A DNA stretch of 63,085 nt, the filler included, from Collodictyon triciliatum (taxonomy: Eukaryota): the NCBI GenBank assembly GCA_043381765.1. It is 13 parts of 13 records of this genome, joined end to end, with 100 filler letters (N's around TTAATTAATTAA, not from the genome) between each part and the next. Parts side by side here need not be neighbours in the genome. Positions count along the whole stretch, not along the records: positions 1 to 4,756 come from JBHJMP010005788.1; positions 4,857 to 9,611 come from JBHJMP010005789.1; positions 9,712 to 14,466 come from JBHJMP010005790.1; positions 14,567 to 19,316 come from JBHJMP010005791.1; positions 19,417 to 24,168 come from JBHJMP010005792.1; 8 more parts are not named here. One strand, given 5' to 3'. The position numbers and the translations under genes are program-made. The number at the start of each line of letters is the position of its first letter. Within the stretch, counting starts at the first letter, position 1. Positions 1-19,967 of this stretch are shown here, piece after piece. Below the pieces are notes generated by a model that made no database searches, was not told where the DNA came from, and saw only the letters and a list, made by a program, of their open reading frames with translations.

Positions 1-140
1 TGTTGTTATTTTTTCCATCTTTTTTTTTTGGGTGTTGTGGTTCCGGGTTGGTATGGGGGTGGGGGGGGGGGGGGGTGTTTTTGGTTCCCCTTTTTTTTTT
101 TTTTTTTTTTTTTATCAACAATAAGAAGAGAAAAAAATAC

Positions 141-2490
141 CCTCCATGTATTTATGATGCACGGCCTTGGATGGTGCGGGTGGCGGTAAGTTACGATTCG
201 AATTCGCCGCTATTAGATCTGCTCCCTTCGGGTCAGATTTTCTGACGTCTTGGCGGTAAGAATGAGATACTGCAACCTCCACTGATTTTTGATAAGGCGC
301 AGAATCAGCGGAAGGCTCCGACAGATTTTGCATAGGCACCGCTATTGCAGATTTGGCTCCTATTAAAATGGTTAATATTCATTTCATGTAAATATCTTTC
401 GAAGAAAACTGTAGGACTTGTTTTGTGGATGGGCATGTGACTGAACTAGCCTGGTAGATATTCTTGGGCAGCTCTTTCAACAGGCAACACATTCCCTTTT
501 TTCTGTATTTTATTCTTCTATTAGCCACGTGGAAATAGCACGCGATACCTCTGACTATTTCCATATTTTTGAGCTTCAAATTCAGCCTACCTTTTTCTTT
601 GGTCCTCTTTTTTTCCCTTCAGTTGACGAAAAAAAAAAAGATACCATATAAGATATAGAAAGAGCAAGGAAAGTCACCAAATACAAGTAATTTGCAAATG
701 ATCTAAGTAGCATATAATGTGTTTCATTAGAAGCGTTTTGAAGGCGGTGGAAACCTTTTGCTTCATTCCATGAGCTATCGTTTTCTTCTGCATTATCAGA
801 CTGTTCTAAATCTGGCAAAGGATTTTAAATTGAAATAGAAAATGTAAAACTCTCAATAGACCGCCCTTCAAATAAGTAATTTCATATTCAACCGTGGCAC
901 ACGTACATAATTTCTTGGATATTTTTAAAAATTATGAGAGAAAATAAAAAAAAATAAAAAATATTGAGGAGCGAAACTGATAAAGTCCAGCCAATCACTG
1001 ACCCTGCAGTAGGTCATTGACAGGGTCAGTCGCGTATATTTTTGAAAAGGGGTCCATCGAGGATTCGATTCTATATATCGAGGTATCGATATTAAACTAT
1101 TCAATTTTCTGTTTCTCTGGTATACCTTTTTCTTAACATGCAGTTGTGAAAAAAAAAAACCTTTTGCTGGCTACGCGGCTGGATGTTCTCCCTTTCCCCA
1201 TGCACTTTTCCAAGTGCGGTGCATACCTGCTCACACCTATCTGTCGCTCGCATGAAACTGAGGTTCATAAAAAATCAAATTTGCAGCAATCGAAAGAAAT
1301 TGCAACGGCGATATATTATTGTTTGCACGAAAGGGAAAACTCGAAAACATATTAATGTTACTTTTCTTTCTTGTTCTTTTTTTTTTGTCATAATAAGGGA
1401 AATAATACTGCAGTTCACAGTGTCTGTAGGAATCTTGACGGGCTGGCCATAAATATCATAGCCAGGTCTATAATCTGAGACAGAACCAGTGCACCGGATC
1501 ATAAATCATTTAAAATTTATCTTTAAGATAAAAGAAAAGATAGCTTGATGAGAACAGGAAGCTTTATCAGAAGCCATGCTATGTAACTGTATTTGGGAAT
1601 TACCGATAGGATCGCTTTCGTCATCTCCGAGGCTGTGGGTGAGCACGATAAAACAATAATTACATATTTTTTGAGTTTCAGCGAAAAAGCATGATGAATT
1701 GAATTTAAATATCAAAAGAAAGTGTATTTTGATTTAAAGTACACTAGAATGGTACATAATGTCTTGCAGAAGCTCCGTGATGGTTAGAAATATTTGCTCA
1801 TCAATCAGGTCAGTCCCACATTCTATACTCTGCAAGATAGTTGGAACAAGGAATATTAAAATATTGTTAGTTGACCAAGCAAGAGGATGTAATGCATGTG
1901 TCTTTTATTTATTAACTCCTTGGATTTCCTCACCAGAGAAGCAATACTCGGTTGCGAAGTGGAAGAAGTGAGCTTGGATAGTATGCGGAGTTTCTCTCTC
2001 ATGCTCTCCAGTTCCTGTTGTTTCTGCAAAACTCTTGTTTCGACCAAGCTGCGAAAATGAATTAAAAAACGGAAAAGAAAAAGAAAAGACAAAAGAAAAG
2101 ACAAAAGAAAAGACAAAAGAAAAGACAAAAGAAAAGACAAAAGAAAAGACAAAAGAAAAGAGAAGACGAAAGAAAAGACAAAAGAAGACAAAAGAAGACA
2201 AAAGACAAAAGAAAACAAAAGAACATAGAGAAGACGAAAAGAGAAAAGAAGGAAAAAGAAAAAGAATTGTTCATGTTAAAAAAAAACAGAAGAGTCTGGC
2301 CTCCTTCCAACCCATGGTATACCAAGGACAATAAAACACAACACACAACTCACACACGATCCGTGTCCAAGGACGAGAGCATGGCATCCTGTCGAAGCGG
2401 CGTAAGCGTAGAGTTGGACTTGGCTGGCTCACTTGCGCCTTCGTAGAACGGATTGAAGCTGACGTCCAAGCCAAAAAAATCATCGTCCAT
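141..2490 (-). CDS. SGF11: SAGA deubiquitinase-module subunit Sgf11/ATXN7L3-like, multi-exon, 3' partial
   Basis: GT-AG splicing gives MDDDFFGLD...[50 protein letters not shown]. This matches the Sgf11 zinc finger pattern (DIFGQ..CxxC..RFAPHLEKC.G.GR). Splice phases are consistent over about 10 exons. Confidence 0.88.
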
Positions 2491-4756
2491 AAGAGAAAAC
2501 AGGAGACCTGCGACGGCTGCATTCATTGTCAGAGTCAGCACAAAGCCAGGCTTGCCAGCAACAAACATATACATGTTGTTATTAGTACTTCATTAGTTAA
2601 TTAATGAAAAAGAGGCTCCGTGCCATCGGTGTTTGCCTTTGGGCTTGGGAGGCTGCTTGGACTCGCTTTTCGGTTTGTTTGTTTTGGTTTGCAAAAACAT
2701 TATTATTTTTTTTCGGAAGTGGCGAAGGTCGGTTTAGTGCCAGTAAGGATTTCAATGCGAACAGTCAAAATAGGGAGCAGGACATCGAAGCTGCAAAACA
2801 CAGCCACGAAACGTCAGGCATCCGGCCATGTGGCTTACTTTCCTGGGACTTTGGCGTAATGACGACGCAAAAGATGCTAAGCATGCATGTAGTGGCAAAG
2901 ACAGTAACAACCATGTCTTCCTGACCGTTTTATATATAATGGCCTAATATGATGTTCCAGTTTGCTGTTTCACGAAATCAGCAACAAAGCCGAGCTATTG
3001 AATGCAAGCGAGGTGCAACAGCCCATGTGAGGTTTGATGCAAATAGGCTGAAGAAGATTTCCAGTTGCTTTTCGACGAGTAGTGTTTTCTATCGGCAAAT
3101 GCGAGGTGCGTTCATGTAACAACCGGACACCCAAGTGTGTCCTTGGAATCTCTGATCCGATTCTAAGAACCATCTCGGAATTCTCAAAGTATGTTCTTAG
3201 AATCAGTTCAAAGAACCTCCGTGGAACGCTCCAGGAACCTTCCCAGAAACCTCCCCTGAACCCTTTTTCCAGGGGATATTTAACGAGTCCGTCGACTCGT
3301 CAATAGGTTGGGAATCATAAAACAAGCTTATAACAGAATAAAAGGACATCCCCTTACATTTTGTTATTCTATCTTGAAATTTTTCTTTGGGAAATGCTTC
3401 ACTAAAGGTGCATGTAAGGAAAATGCTGAATTACTTCAGTTTTCTCTCATTATTCGATTCAAAATGCCGAATTACTGTAAACTTTAACCCTGCCATCGTT
3501 ACTTGTACCGTGTAGCTTATTCCATTTGGAAAATCCTAGCATTTCCTCATAGAGTGGCTTTCCTTTCCCCTCAAAAATACTGTGCTTCATAAATCACGTC
3601 TGATTTATCATATCTCATCTTTTTCTACCCACGTCTACATAAAATACGATAAGGTGCTTTGTTTCACTTTACCAATCACATGGAAAACACAAATGCAGGG
3701 GTCTCTGATTGCCTAAAGGATAATAAAAGGTGACCAGCTTCTAGATTGGTAGAAAATCTTGCGGTAGGGATCTGCATTTACGTTATAGAAGCCATTCATT
3801 GGACATTCCGCTGGTAAGAAACAGATTCGCACAATATCAGCTTGTCCTCTTTTTCAATAGTAAAAAAAAGTAATAAATTCGAATACCCATTTTTTCACTA
3901 TGTTTTTTTTGGATTTTTTTTGAAATACCATTTGACTACGAAGCGAAGCTTGTTTCACCACATACATCTCACGCACTCCCTCTGATTTATGAATGAGCAG
4001 CAGTAAATCAACATAATAGTAATGCAAATAGCACCTATGTATTTGAAAGATAAATCTTCATACCTGCACACTGATTTTTTTATCCAACACTGAGACAGGA
4101 TTTTACCCACGAGGTCACATTTAGTGTCTGGCAGACAGTTTCATGTCGAAATGATAAACCAGTAATCATTCATGAAATTACAGTGGTGGATGTATCGGTA
4201 AGAAGGTCATAAGTGAATCGTGCAATTATATTTATTGGTACGGATTCGCAGAAAACCCCTATTTAAATTCAAATTTAATTTTTTATGTACTCTGGGATAG
4301 CAAGGTAAAAGTCTTAAATCACAGACAGGTCAAACTTTATTTGTCTGCATTTTAATTACTCCTATGTCAACATGGGCCAACCCAACTAAACTGAACCACT
4401 TTTTAAGAAAAATACCGTATAATGTTTAACTATTGGGTGTCTCATGGCCATTTCAATAACTCGTTTTTTACTCAAGCACTTTTTTGAAATCCAAATGACT
4501 GATTTTTGAAAACTAGTTATGATTCATCAGCTAGTCATTACTGCATACTCGCTTCTTTTTGTTTAATTCATCACCCACAATGAAGATGTGATTTTACCAT
4601 ATTTCCACAATACATTTTCAATTTCACCAATTTTGGTATTAAAAATTTACTAATATGTTTTTCCAGCTTTATTTTGTCTAATTATTTTGAAATGGTATGT
4701 TTACTGAATTCAATGTTTCATATACAAAGGACAAAAAATAGCCTGTATTTCTGCTT

Positions 4757-4856
4757 NNNNNNNNNNNNNNNNNNNNNNNNNNNNNNNNNNNNNNNNNNNN
4801 TTAATTAATTAANNNNNNNNNNNNNNNNNNNNNNNNNNNNNNNNNNNNNNNNNNNN
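4757..4856. other. Artificial contig linker (N44-TTAATTAATTAA-N44), first of 12
   Basis: The 100-nt spacer carries a six-frame stop cassette. It recurs at 9612, 14467, 19317, 24169, 29021, 33874, 38726, 43578, 48430, 53281 and 58132. Contigs between linkers are 4750-4756 nt (the last is 4854), consistent with size-sorted concatenation. A separate ~100-N scaffold gap starts at 51812. Confidence 0.98.
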
Positions 4857-5004
4857 CCTTTTCCTATTCCTATTCCTATTCCTATTCCTTTTCCTTTTCC
4901 TTTTCCTTTTCCTTTTCCTTTTCCTTTTCCTTTTCCTTTTCCTTTTCCTTTTCCTAATCTTATTACTACTAACTTCATGTGGCGCGGGGGAAATCTTTAA
5001 ACAG

Positions 5005-9440
<4,436 letters not shown>

Positions 9441-9711
9441 GTATTTTTCATTATGCATATTACTTGCGCAATTTGAAGAGTTTTTCCTTATTAAACAATG
9501 ATAAATAATGCGATAATAATAATAACAATAATAACAATAATAACAATAATAACAATAATAACAATAATAACAATAATAACAATAATAACAATAATAACAA
9601 TAATAACAATANNNNNNNNNNNNNNNNNNNNNNNNNNNNNNNNNNNNNNNNNNNNTTAATTAATTAANNNNNNNNNNNNNNNNNNNNNNNNNNNNNNNNN
9701 NNNNNNNNNNN

Positions 9712-9747
9712 TTCAGTCTTACGCTCTTCCAACTGAGCTATTTCGGC
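9712..9747 (-). tRNA. tRNA-Phe(GAA), 5' half, cut by the contig end
   Basis: Reverse complement reads GCCGAAATAGCTCAGTTGGAAGAGCGTAAGACTGAA: acceptor 5' strand, D-arm and the anticodon loop start CT-GAA, typical of eukaryotic tRNA-Phe. Confidence 0.88.
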
Positions 9748-11048
9748 TGCTCCTTGACTGAGAGGAAGACCTAACATATTAGAAACATATCTCTTTCCCT
9801 TTCCTTCTCCCATTACCACGTCGTCCGCAATCATTTGCTTGCTGGCTTCATCATTCTTCTTTGACCTCGCGCAAACAGGTTTAAATAATTTTTCGTCTTA
9901 CGTATGCGACTTCAAGCAAATGTGTGGTTGGGCGGTCTATTTCTTACATCCCGAACACCTAACCAAAAAAAAAACTTAATCTTTTTGCTGAACCGCAACA
10001 GCGCCCTCGTGTTTTGGCTGTATTGGTTTTTGGGGTTGACCACATTCCAGAAATAGACTCGCACCATGAAATTTTGCGTTGGCTGTGGCAGATGCGCCAC
10101 AGTGCCGAATCAAGCTGGGAGGGGAGACGAGAACACGCTGAAAACAAGACGGATGGCCTGGTAAGAACAGAATCTAAGGTGTGTGCACCCGGTGCGAACC
10201 AGAAAGAAAGGAGGACGACCTGCTCTGTACTCCATATCAAACCCAATCACTTTCTCTATCTTTCCGTTCGCCACTTATCCGCGTTTTATTCCGCCAACTT
10301 CCCGCTTGCCAACGAATCAAAGTGGCGAAGAAAGATCCTGACCCTCCTGCAACCCCGACTTTTATTTACCCATTCCATGGGAGTTTCTGTGTGAATTGAG
10401 CCTTCTCTGCCTCTTTGGATATGTCGAATAGGGAAGACTCATATCCTTGAAAAGGTTGTTTCTTTTCTGTGTTTGTCCACTTTGCTGCCTTCTTCGGGCC
10501 AAAGACGCTTCAACCAGCAGCGGCACAGACGATCTAGGAACCTTCCCTTTGTTTGACTTTCTGAATACGATCAGAGAACCGTCGTATATATATTTGTCTG
10601 GGGAAACAAAACTTTTAAAAAATCAATCTACCTCTTGAAAAAAAAAAAAAAAAGAGGGATTATTTTAAGTAAGGGGCTCACGTAACATGAGTATGTTAAA
10701 GGAAACACGAGGAATTTCTTTAGGCAACACACAACTCCTTCAAAGCAATAATGTCTGAGGCTTCGAGTGCCACGAAAGATTGGAACCAGGCTTTTGAGTA
10801 AGTAACGAATCATAATTCTATCTACCACTTTTTTTTTTGTTTGGATTGTGTTGAAGAAACTCTGCCTCAGGCCTCAAACGAGACAGAACAAAAGTCAAAA
10901 GACAATCCATAGAAATAAAAGAAAGACCTGTTGTTAGTGCCTCATCCAGCTTTCATAAAGCGAAAGATAGATTCCACCCTCGTTTCTAGGAAACTGTCCT
11001 GGTATTGCGTTCGTCCAACCTTTCAGTTTTAACACGGTAATTCTCTAG

Positions 11049-13810
11049 TGAGGCTGAGGAAGCCAACGCAGCTGAGGAAGCCAAAGCGGCTGAGCTAGCC
11101 GAAGCAGTCAGCAGCGAAGTGAAAGAAGAGTTCAATAGCCTGATGAAATCAGAAGCGCAGGGAACCATCCTGGAGGATGTGGACACAGAAACGTCACTTC
11201 TTGTTCGTGTCTTCAAGGCGCGTGGGGACGTTGGGGAAATCTTCTGCACAGAACAGTTCCATCAGTTCAACCTGTATGTTTTGTTTGTTTGTTTGTTTTC
11301 TGCCTACATGCCCTGGACTTTTCATTTGACAAAGTCACATGAAGAGTACTTATGTTAACACGAGACTACTATGGAATTAACGCAGCTCGAACAAATTCAT
11401 TGTGTCTGCTAACAAAACAAGCGCTTCTTCAACTGTAGGTGTGAAGAACTTCTCGACAGCGTGTCCTCTCACGGATGGTCGAAGCCCACTACCGTTCAGT
11501 CATTGTTTCTCCACAAGATTCTTGGGAAGGAGTTTGTTCTTGCATTATTCAAAACAAATGAACCAAAGACGTAACTGCTGCCATATACCATAAGACAATA
11601 AGATTAATCTACACTATATCTTAATGTGTCTAGGAGGAAAGATCTGATCGTTGTTGCCCCTACTGGTAGCGGAAAGACGTCCGGCTTTGTCCTTTGTATG
11701 CTCCATCGAGTTGTTCTTTCTCAAAACCACCCCCAGGTATATCATACTTAGGTTATTTCCCTCACTATATTCAACGGCCACTATATTAAAACGTCTGATC
11801 AATTACATTCATTTTCAATGTCTGTGATATATCGACCCCTTGAACTATATGCTGAATTCATTTAATTTCCTCTATCTTCTGCTATGAATGTGCAGGTGGT
11901 TTGCATATCTCCAACCATGGAACTTGCGGAGATGACCTACACATGGGTTGTTAACATGGGAAGCACGCTGCCTGGCCTGAAAACAGCGAAAGTCACAAAG
12001 ATGGATTCAAAAACTCCCGAAGACCTCGTTGCGCTGGCTGCAGAGTATAGTAAATGTCACGTGATTGTATGCACACCGCTTACTTTGATCAAGGTTTCCG
12101 AAAAATCTCGCGACTTGTTGACCAAGGTACTCGATAGGATTTTACTATTATTGTAGCTTATTTCAGCTAATAGATGTGGAAATACACTTTATGCCAAAAC
12201 TGAAAAATCCAATCAACTAGGTCAATCTCTTTGTCCTGGACGAAGCTGACATGTTTCTTTGCGATATGGAGATGACATCTCAAATCAATAAGATCAAAAC
12301 GTCAGTGAACTATATATCTCTTCTTTTTACGCAACTAATATACTCTGGTGCTTACATTATAGATCTCGATATACGAGATAAACAAGCAACACCCTCAAAA
12401 GAAAATTAACTCAATATACTCACAGCCTGATCTCTGGGCAGACTGGACGCGCTAGACTGCAGGCTCGGGGATTCCAAACTCTCATGTTTTCTGCAACCTT
12501 CTATCACCAAGAATTCTTATTATCTAAGAAATTCACGGTGGATCCAACTGTAGTCATTTGCCCTGGTATTCCAAAGTCGACAACACATATCTACCTCGAT
12601 GTATCCGAAGAGGTAAATACTATTTCCTAGTCTGGTATGCAACATAACATATTTATTTGACTGGGTGCGCCCACTTACGCATATTATTATCAAAAGCTTC
12701 CATTCTCGAGTCAGCCACATAGGAGTAACACACATATTAATGAGGAGGTTCATTTAAAAATATACATCACAATGCTACCAAAAGAAGAGAATCCGTCATG
12801 TTAGCCAATATTTGAAAATATATGGTCGTTTTGGGAGTTCAAGATGCTAAATAGTTCAATTTCTTAAAGGCGAAGCTGATTGAAAGAGTCCATAAATCTT
12901 GGTCTGGCGCCCAAACTATGGTGTTTGTCGAGGTACGCTCACCTAAAGAATAAAATGGATATGGTATATGGTATATACACAAACATGGACGAATCAAATT
13001 TCAGGTTTAGAGTATGGTGGAATGTTTGGTTCATCGTCACAAATTTAATTACATAATTGGCATAACTTCTACCTTACATGCGCTATTTTATAGACCCAGA
13101 AAATGTGCGATATTTTCTGTGCAGCACTGAGGTCGAGTATGGGAGAGCAAGTGCAGAGTCTTCACGGTAAAACAGAGAACAGACGCGAGATTATTGAGTG
13201 GTAAGTGATTTATGAAAACAGTTGACTCTCTTTCTTGATGTATCGCTTAAGTCAATGCGCAACACTCTCTCTCTCTCTCTCATGGTCACTAGGTTCTTTA
13301 AAGGAACTGTCAGACTGATATTTTGCACAAGAGTTGCATCTCGAGGTCTTGATATTCCCACTGTGTCCCTAGTCATCATTCGCGATATCCCGAAAAACTA
13401 CCCGGACAAAGTGTATGTCTCCACAAACAATCTCTTGCCTTTTAAGCAATATCCACTCAAGCCGAGCTGACCTACCACGAATAACTCGGATGCGTAACCA
13501 ATTGTTTGTCAATGTTCACAGCGAGGACCCGACCACATATCTTCACATGGCTGGTCGCACAGGGCGTATCGGGAACGTCGGTGTGGTTGCCACTCTGGTG
13601 AAGAATCCGAGCCAGATGAAGTCTATCCTCGCAATCCAGAACGGCATCCGACGCCTGATTACAGAAACTGCGGAAATGGCCAGCAAGGGTGCTGGTCCTG
13701 GTGCTGGTCCTGGTGCTGCACCTCCAGCCGGTACCCTGATTTCTTTTACAATTGAGCGAGTCACGGTGAGTAGATGTGGCCTAAATAGAAGCGAGAATGA
13801 ATCTCAGTAA
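11049..13810 (+). CDS. Divergent DEAD-box RNA helicase (DDX19/eIF4A-like), ends uncertain
   Basis: Spliced motifs: Q-motif KPTTVQ, APTGSGKT, SPTMELA, VLDEAD, FSAT, MVFV, SLHG, ASRGLDIP and YLHMAGRTGR. Confidence 0.9.
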
Positions 13811-14732
13811 TATTGATATATTGATTTCTTTGAATTGTAACTTGGAGAAGGACAAAAAAAAAAAAAATACAAAAAGTGCTATACACCCGCAGCTTCTCTC
13901 AACCATCCCCCCCATGCCATAGGCTGCTAATATCCAAAGAGTTGGCGATATCTTAACCATGCATCGCCAACAGCAAAATAGCTTGGGTGCGCTCTCGAAA
14001 AGCTAGGGCGGCTGCTCGCGGGCTGTTTTGCCCGTGAGTCGAGGCCTGTCCCTCTGCTCCTGCTTTCCTACGCAGCCTTCTACTTTCCTTCCAAGCATGG
14101 AATAAAAGAATACAAACACACAAATGGAAAATTAACAAAGAGAAAAAAAAAACTCGAATCTGCTGCTGCCTTCTGGCTGGTTTGCGAGCGATTGGAGGGG
14201 TTGCGTCCACGAATCATTCTTGGATTCCCCTTCACCAGAGAAGGAGCGGAACCACCAACCGAAGCTAGTCGACAGAGAGATAGCGTATGTGTGTATGTGT
14301 TGTGCAGGGCAAGGCATGTACACCGTGGATAACGAAGCTGAGAGAGAGCCTCTAGCTGAATTCCGTTTCTTTTTTTCTCTTTTTTTCTCTTTTTTTCTCT
14401 TTTTTTCTCTTTTTTTCTCTTTTTTTCTCTTTTTTTCTCTTTTTTTCTCTTTTTTTCTCTTTTTTTNNNNNNNNNNNNNNNNNNNNNNNNNNNNNNNNNN
14501 NNNNNNNNNNTTAATTAATTAANNNNNNNNNNNNNNNNNNNNNNNNNNNNNNNNNNNNNNNNNNNNAAGGAAAGAAAAGAAAAGAAAAGAAAAGAAAAGA
14601 AAAGAAAAGAAAAGAAAAGAAAAGAAAAGAAAAGAAAAGAAAAGAAAAGAAAAGAAAAGAAAAGAAAAGAAAAAGAAAATATAACATAATTGAAGATTGT
14701 ATAGATGGTTCTAAATACTTAACCATATACAG

Positions 14733-17562
<2,830 letters not shown>

Positions 17563-17951
17563 GGGTGAATCCCCAGCAAGCCAAGACCCGCCAGACCATC
17601 ACTGCCACTTATAAATCGAGGTTAGCTTCCAAACTCCAGATCTATTGTTGCTATCGAACTAAACCTTATGGCTTGTTGGACTTTTGGACGGGACAGATTG
17701 AAGCCAAAACGATTAAGATTGGCTCTGTTCTTGCTTTTTGTTTCTCCTTCCTTCCTTCCTTCCTTCCTTCCTGTGTGGCGTGAGTTTATGAATGCATTTA
17801 GGATGATGATGTGCCTGTATTCCGTGTTGTTTTGTGTGAGCGACAGGCTAATCCACGAAACAGACTTGATAAGTCACCCAGGAGCGTGGAATAAGGAGAG
17901 GGCGAGAAAAAGAGTGTTGCTTAAAAGTATGGGATGTCGTAACACAATTGA

Positions 17952-18424
17952 TTAGGCCTTAGACCCAGAAGATTTCACAAAGGCCAGGTCTTCCCACTCG
18001 CCATCTAAACAGTTATAGAAACTTACTAGACACATATGATAAATACTTGGAATCACACAATTGGCATTATACGCGGTAGGTGGAGGATTTCCCATCCTCC
18101 CTTCTTCTCTCAGCTATTCTTCATATTGGCTCTTGGGGGATAAAGATGAATGTGGTATAATCCCAAAGGAAAACAATAGAACAAAGGCATACCAGCCTTC
18201 CGGGTGGCCAGGTAGAGAACCTGATCTTTCTCAATTTTGTGTTCGCGAAGGGTGCGTGCGTCTTCCAAGACCTGGAGTTCAAAAAAGAGGCGTTGGTTGT
18301 CGACCGTGTAGTTTTGTGCCTCGGCGATGCGTGCTTTCAAAGAAGCAACAGTGTCCTTGGGATCGGCCGTCGCGTAGAGCGTGACATTCTGGCGCTTGAT
18401 TTTAAGGCAGATAGACTCCTGATT
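17952..18424 (-). CDS. Elongin-B-like ubiquitin-fold protein, 5' exon unresolved
   Basis: Two exons give ICLKIKRQNVTLYATADPKDTVASLKARI...NQRLFFELQVLEDARTLREHKIEKDQVLYLATRKA|DGEWEDLAFVKSSGSKA*. This resembles Elongin B-type ubiquitin-like proteins. Confidence 0.7.
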
Positions 18425-19664
18425 CTAGTGTCGCAAGTCGTTTTCATTTTTGTTCAACAGTGGGTTTACGGTTGCATAAGATGAAACAAAAAAAACCTGC
18501 ATACATAATAACATAACATAACATAACATAACATAACATAACATAACATAACATAACATAACATAACATAACATAACATAACATAACATAACATAACATA
18601 ACATAACAGCACAGCACAGAACATAACAGCGGTATTGTCGTATATATGCCCGACTGAAACAAAAATATCTTATTTGCTTGCTATATTCGCAGTGTGAAAA
18701 AAAAAAAAAGAAACAGAGAGAGAGGGAAACTTGTATATGGATGACTTGAAAAGAAACCATGTTTTTATTGGGCTTCGCTGGGGACCGGCTTTGTTTGAAC
18801 CTGCGACTGTGATCGTATTTGTCAGATTTACGAGTATTAACTGAAGGGAATATGGAGGATGCTTCTTGGTTTTTTCAAAGGAAGGCCACGAATAGCAAAG
18901 GGAATCAGAAAGAAAATTGCGTCGCTCAGCTTCGCTTCGGAACACTGCCTTTTGGGTTGTCTGCGTGGGCCGCTCTGCCTTCGCTCTTTTGCTGCTCAGC
19001 TTGCAACCCGCTGCTCTGCCTTCCTCGATCATCCCAGCTTCGCCAGATTCAACCCGCTATGAGGTTTTCGGCGAGAGGCGGAAAAGTCTTCGCTATTCAA
19101 TGAATTTGTATATACAAAATATTCATTTCTGGAAAATATACTTTGAAAAACAGCATTCAAAACAAACGAACACATCAACAAAAGCACCGAAAAGCCACAG
19201 TCAAAAGCACACAGATTTAATCTGAAAAAACAAAAAAACAAAAAAAACAAAAAAACAAAAAAACAAAAAAACAAAAAAAACAAAAAGACAAAAAAACAAA
19301 AAAACAAAAAAAACAANNNNNNNNNNNNNNNNNNNNNNNNNNNNNNNNNNNNNNNNNNNNTTAATTAATTAANNNNNNNNNNNNNNNNNNNNNNNNNNNN
19401 NNNNNNNNNNNNNNNNTTTTGTTTTTTGTTTTTTGTTTTTTGTTTTTTGTTTTTTGTTTTTTGTTTTTTGTTTTTTGTTTTTTGTTTTTTGTTTTTTGTT
19501 TTTTGTTTTTTGTTTTTTTGTTTTTTATTTTGTATTTTGTTTTTTTTTGTTTCTTTGTTTTTTGTTTTAAGAAAAGAAAGAAAAGTAAGTGTCATTTTAG
19601 CTGATTTTTTCCTTTTAACTAACTTTATTTTTTAAATCGCATGCACAGGTTGACTAACAGACGA

Positions 19665-19931
19665 ATGAAAGTGGACGGACATGTTTTCCTGGTCACTGGC
19701 GCTTCCAGTGGACTGGGACTAGCGACGGCCGAGTTACTTGTGGGGAAAGGAGCTTTTGTTGCCTTGCTGGTGAGGCTCCCATTCCTTCTCTTACTTTCTG
19801 ATTACCTCTACTCGTGGCCTTTCTGCAGTTCCTCTTTTCTCTCTGAAAAAACATAACTCTTCATTCATGTATTTATCTTTATTTCGTGATTTATTTATTT
19901 ATTTATTTCGTGATTTATTTTTCTTTATTTC

Positions 19932-19967
<36 letters not shown>

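Noticed and set aside
4801-4812. Regularly spaced TTAATTAATTAA palindromes
   Set aside because: Artificial linkers inside N runs. Gene adjacency across them means nothing.
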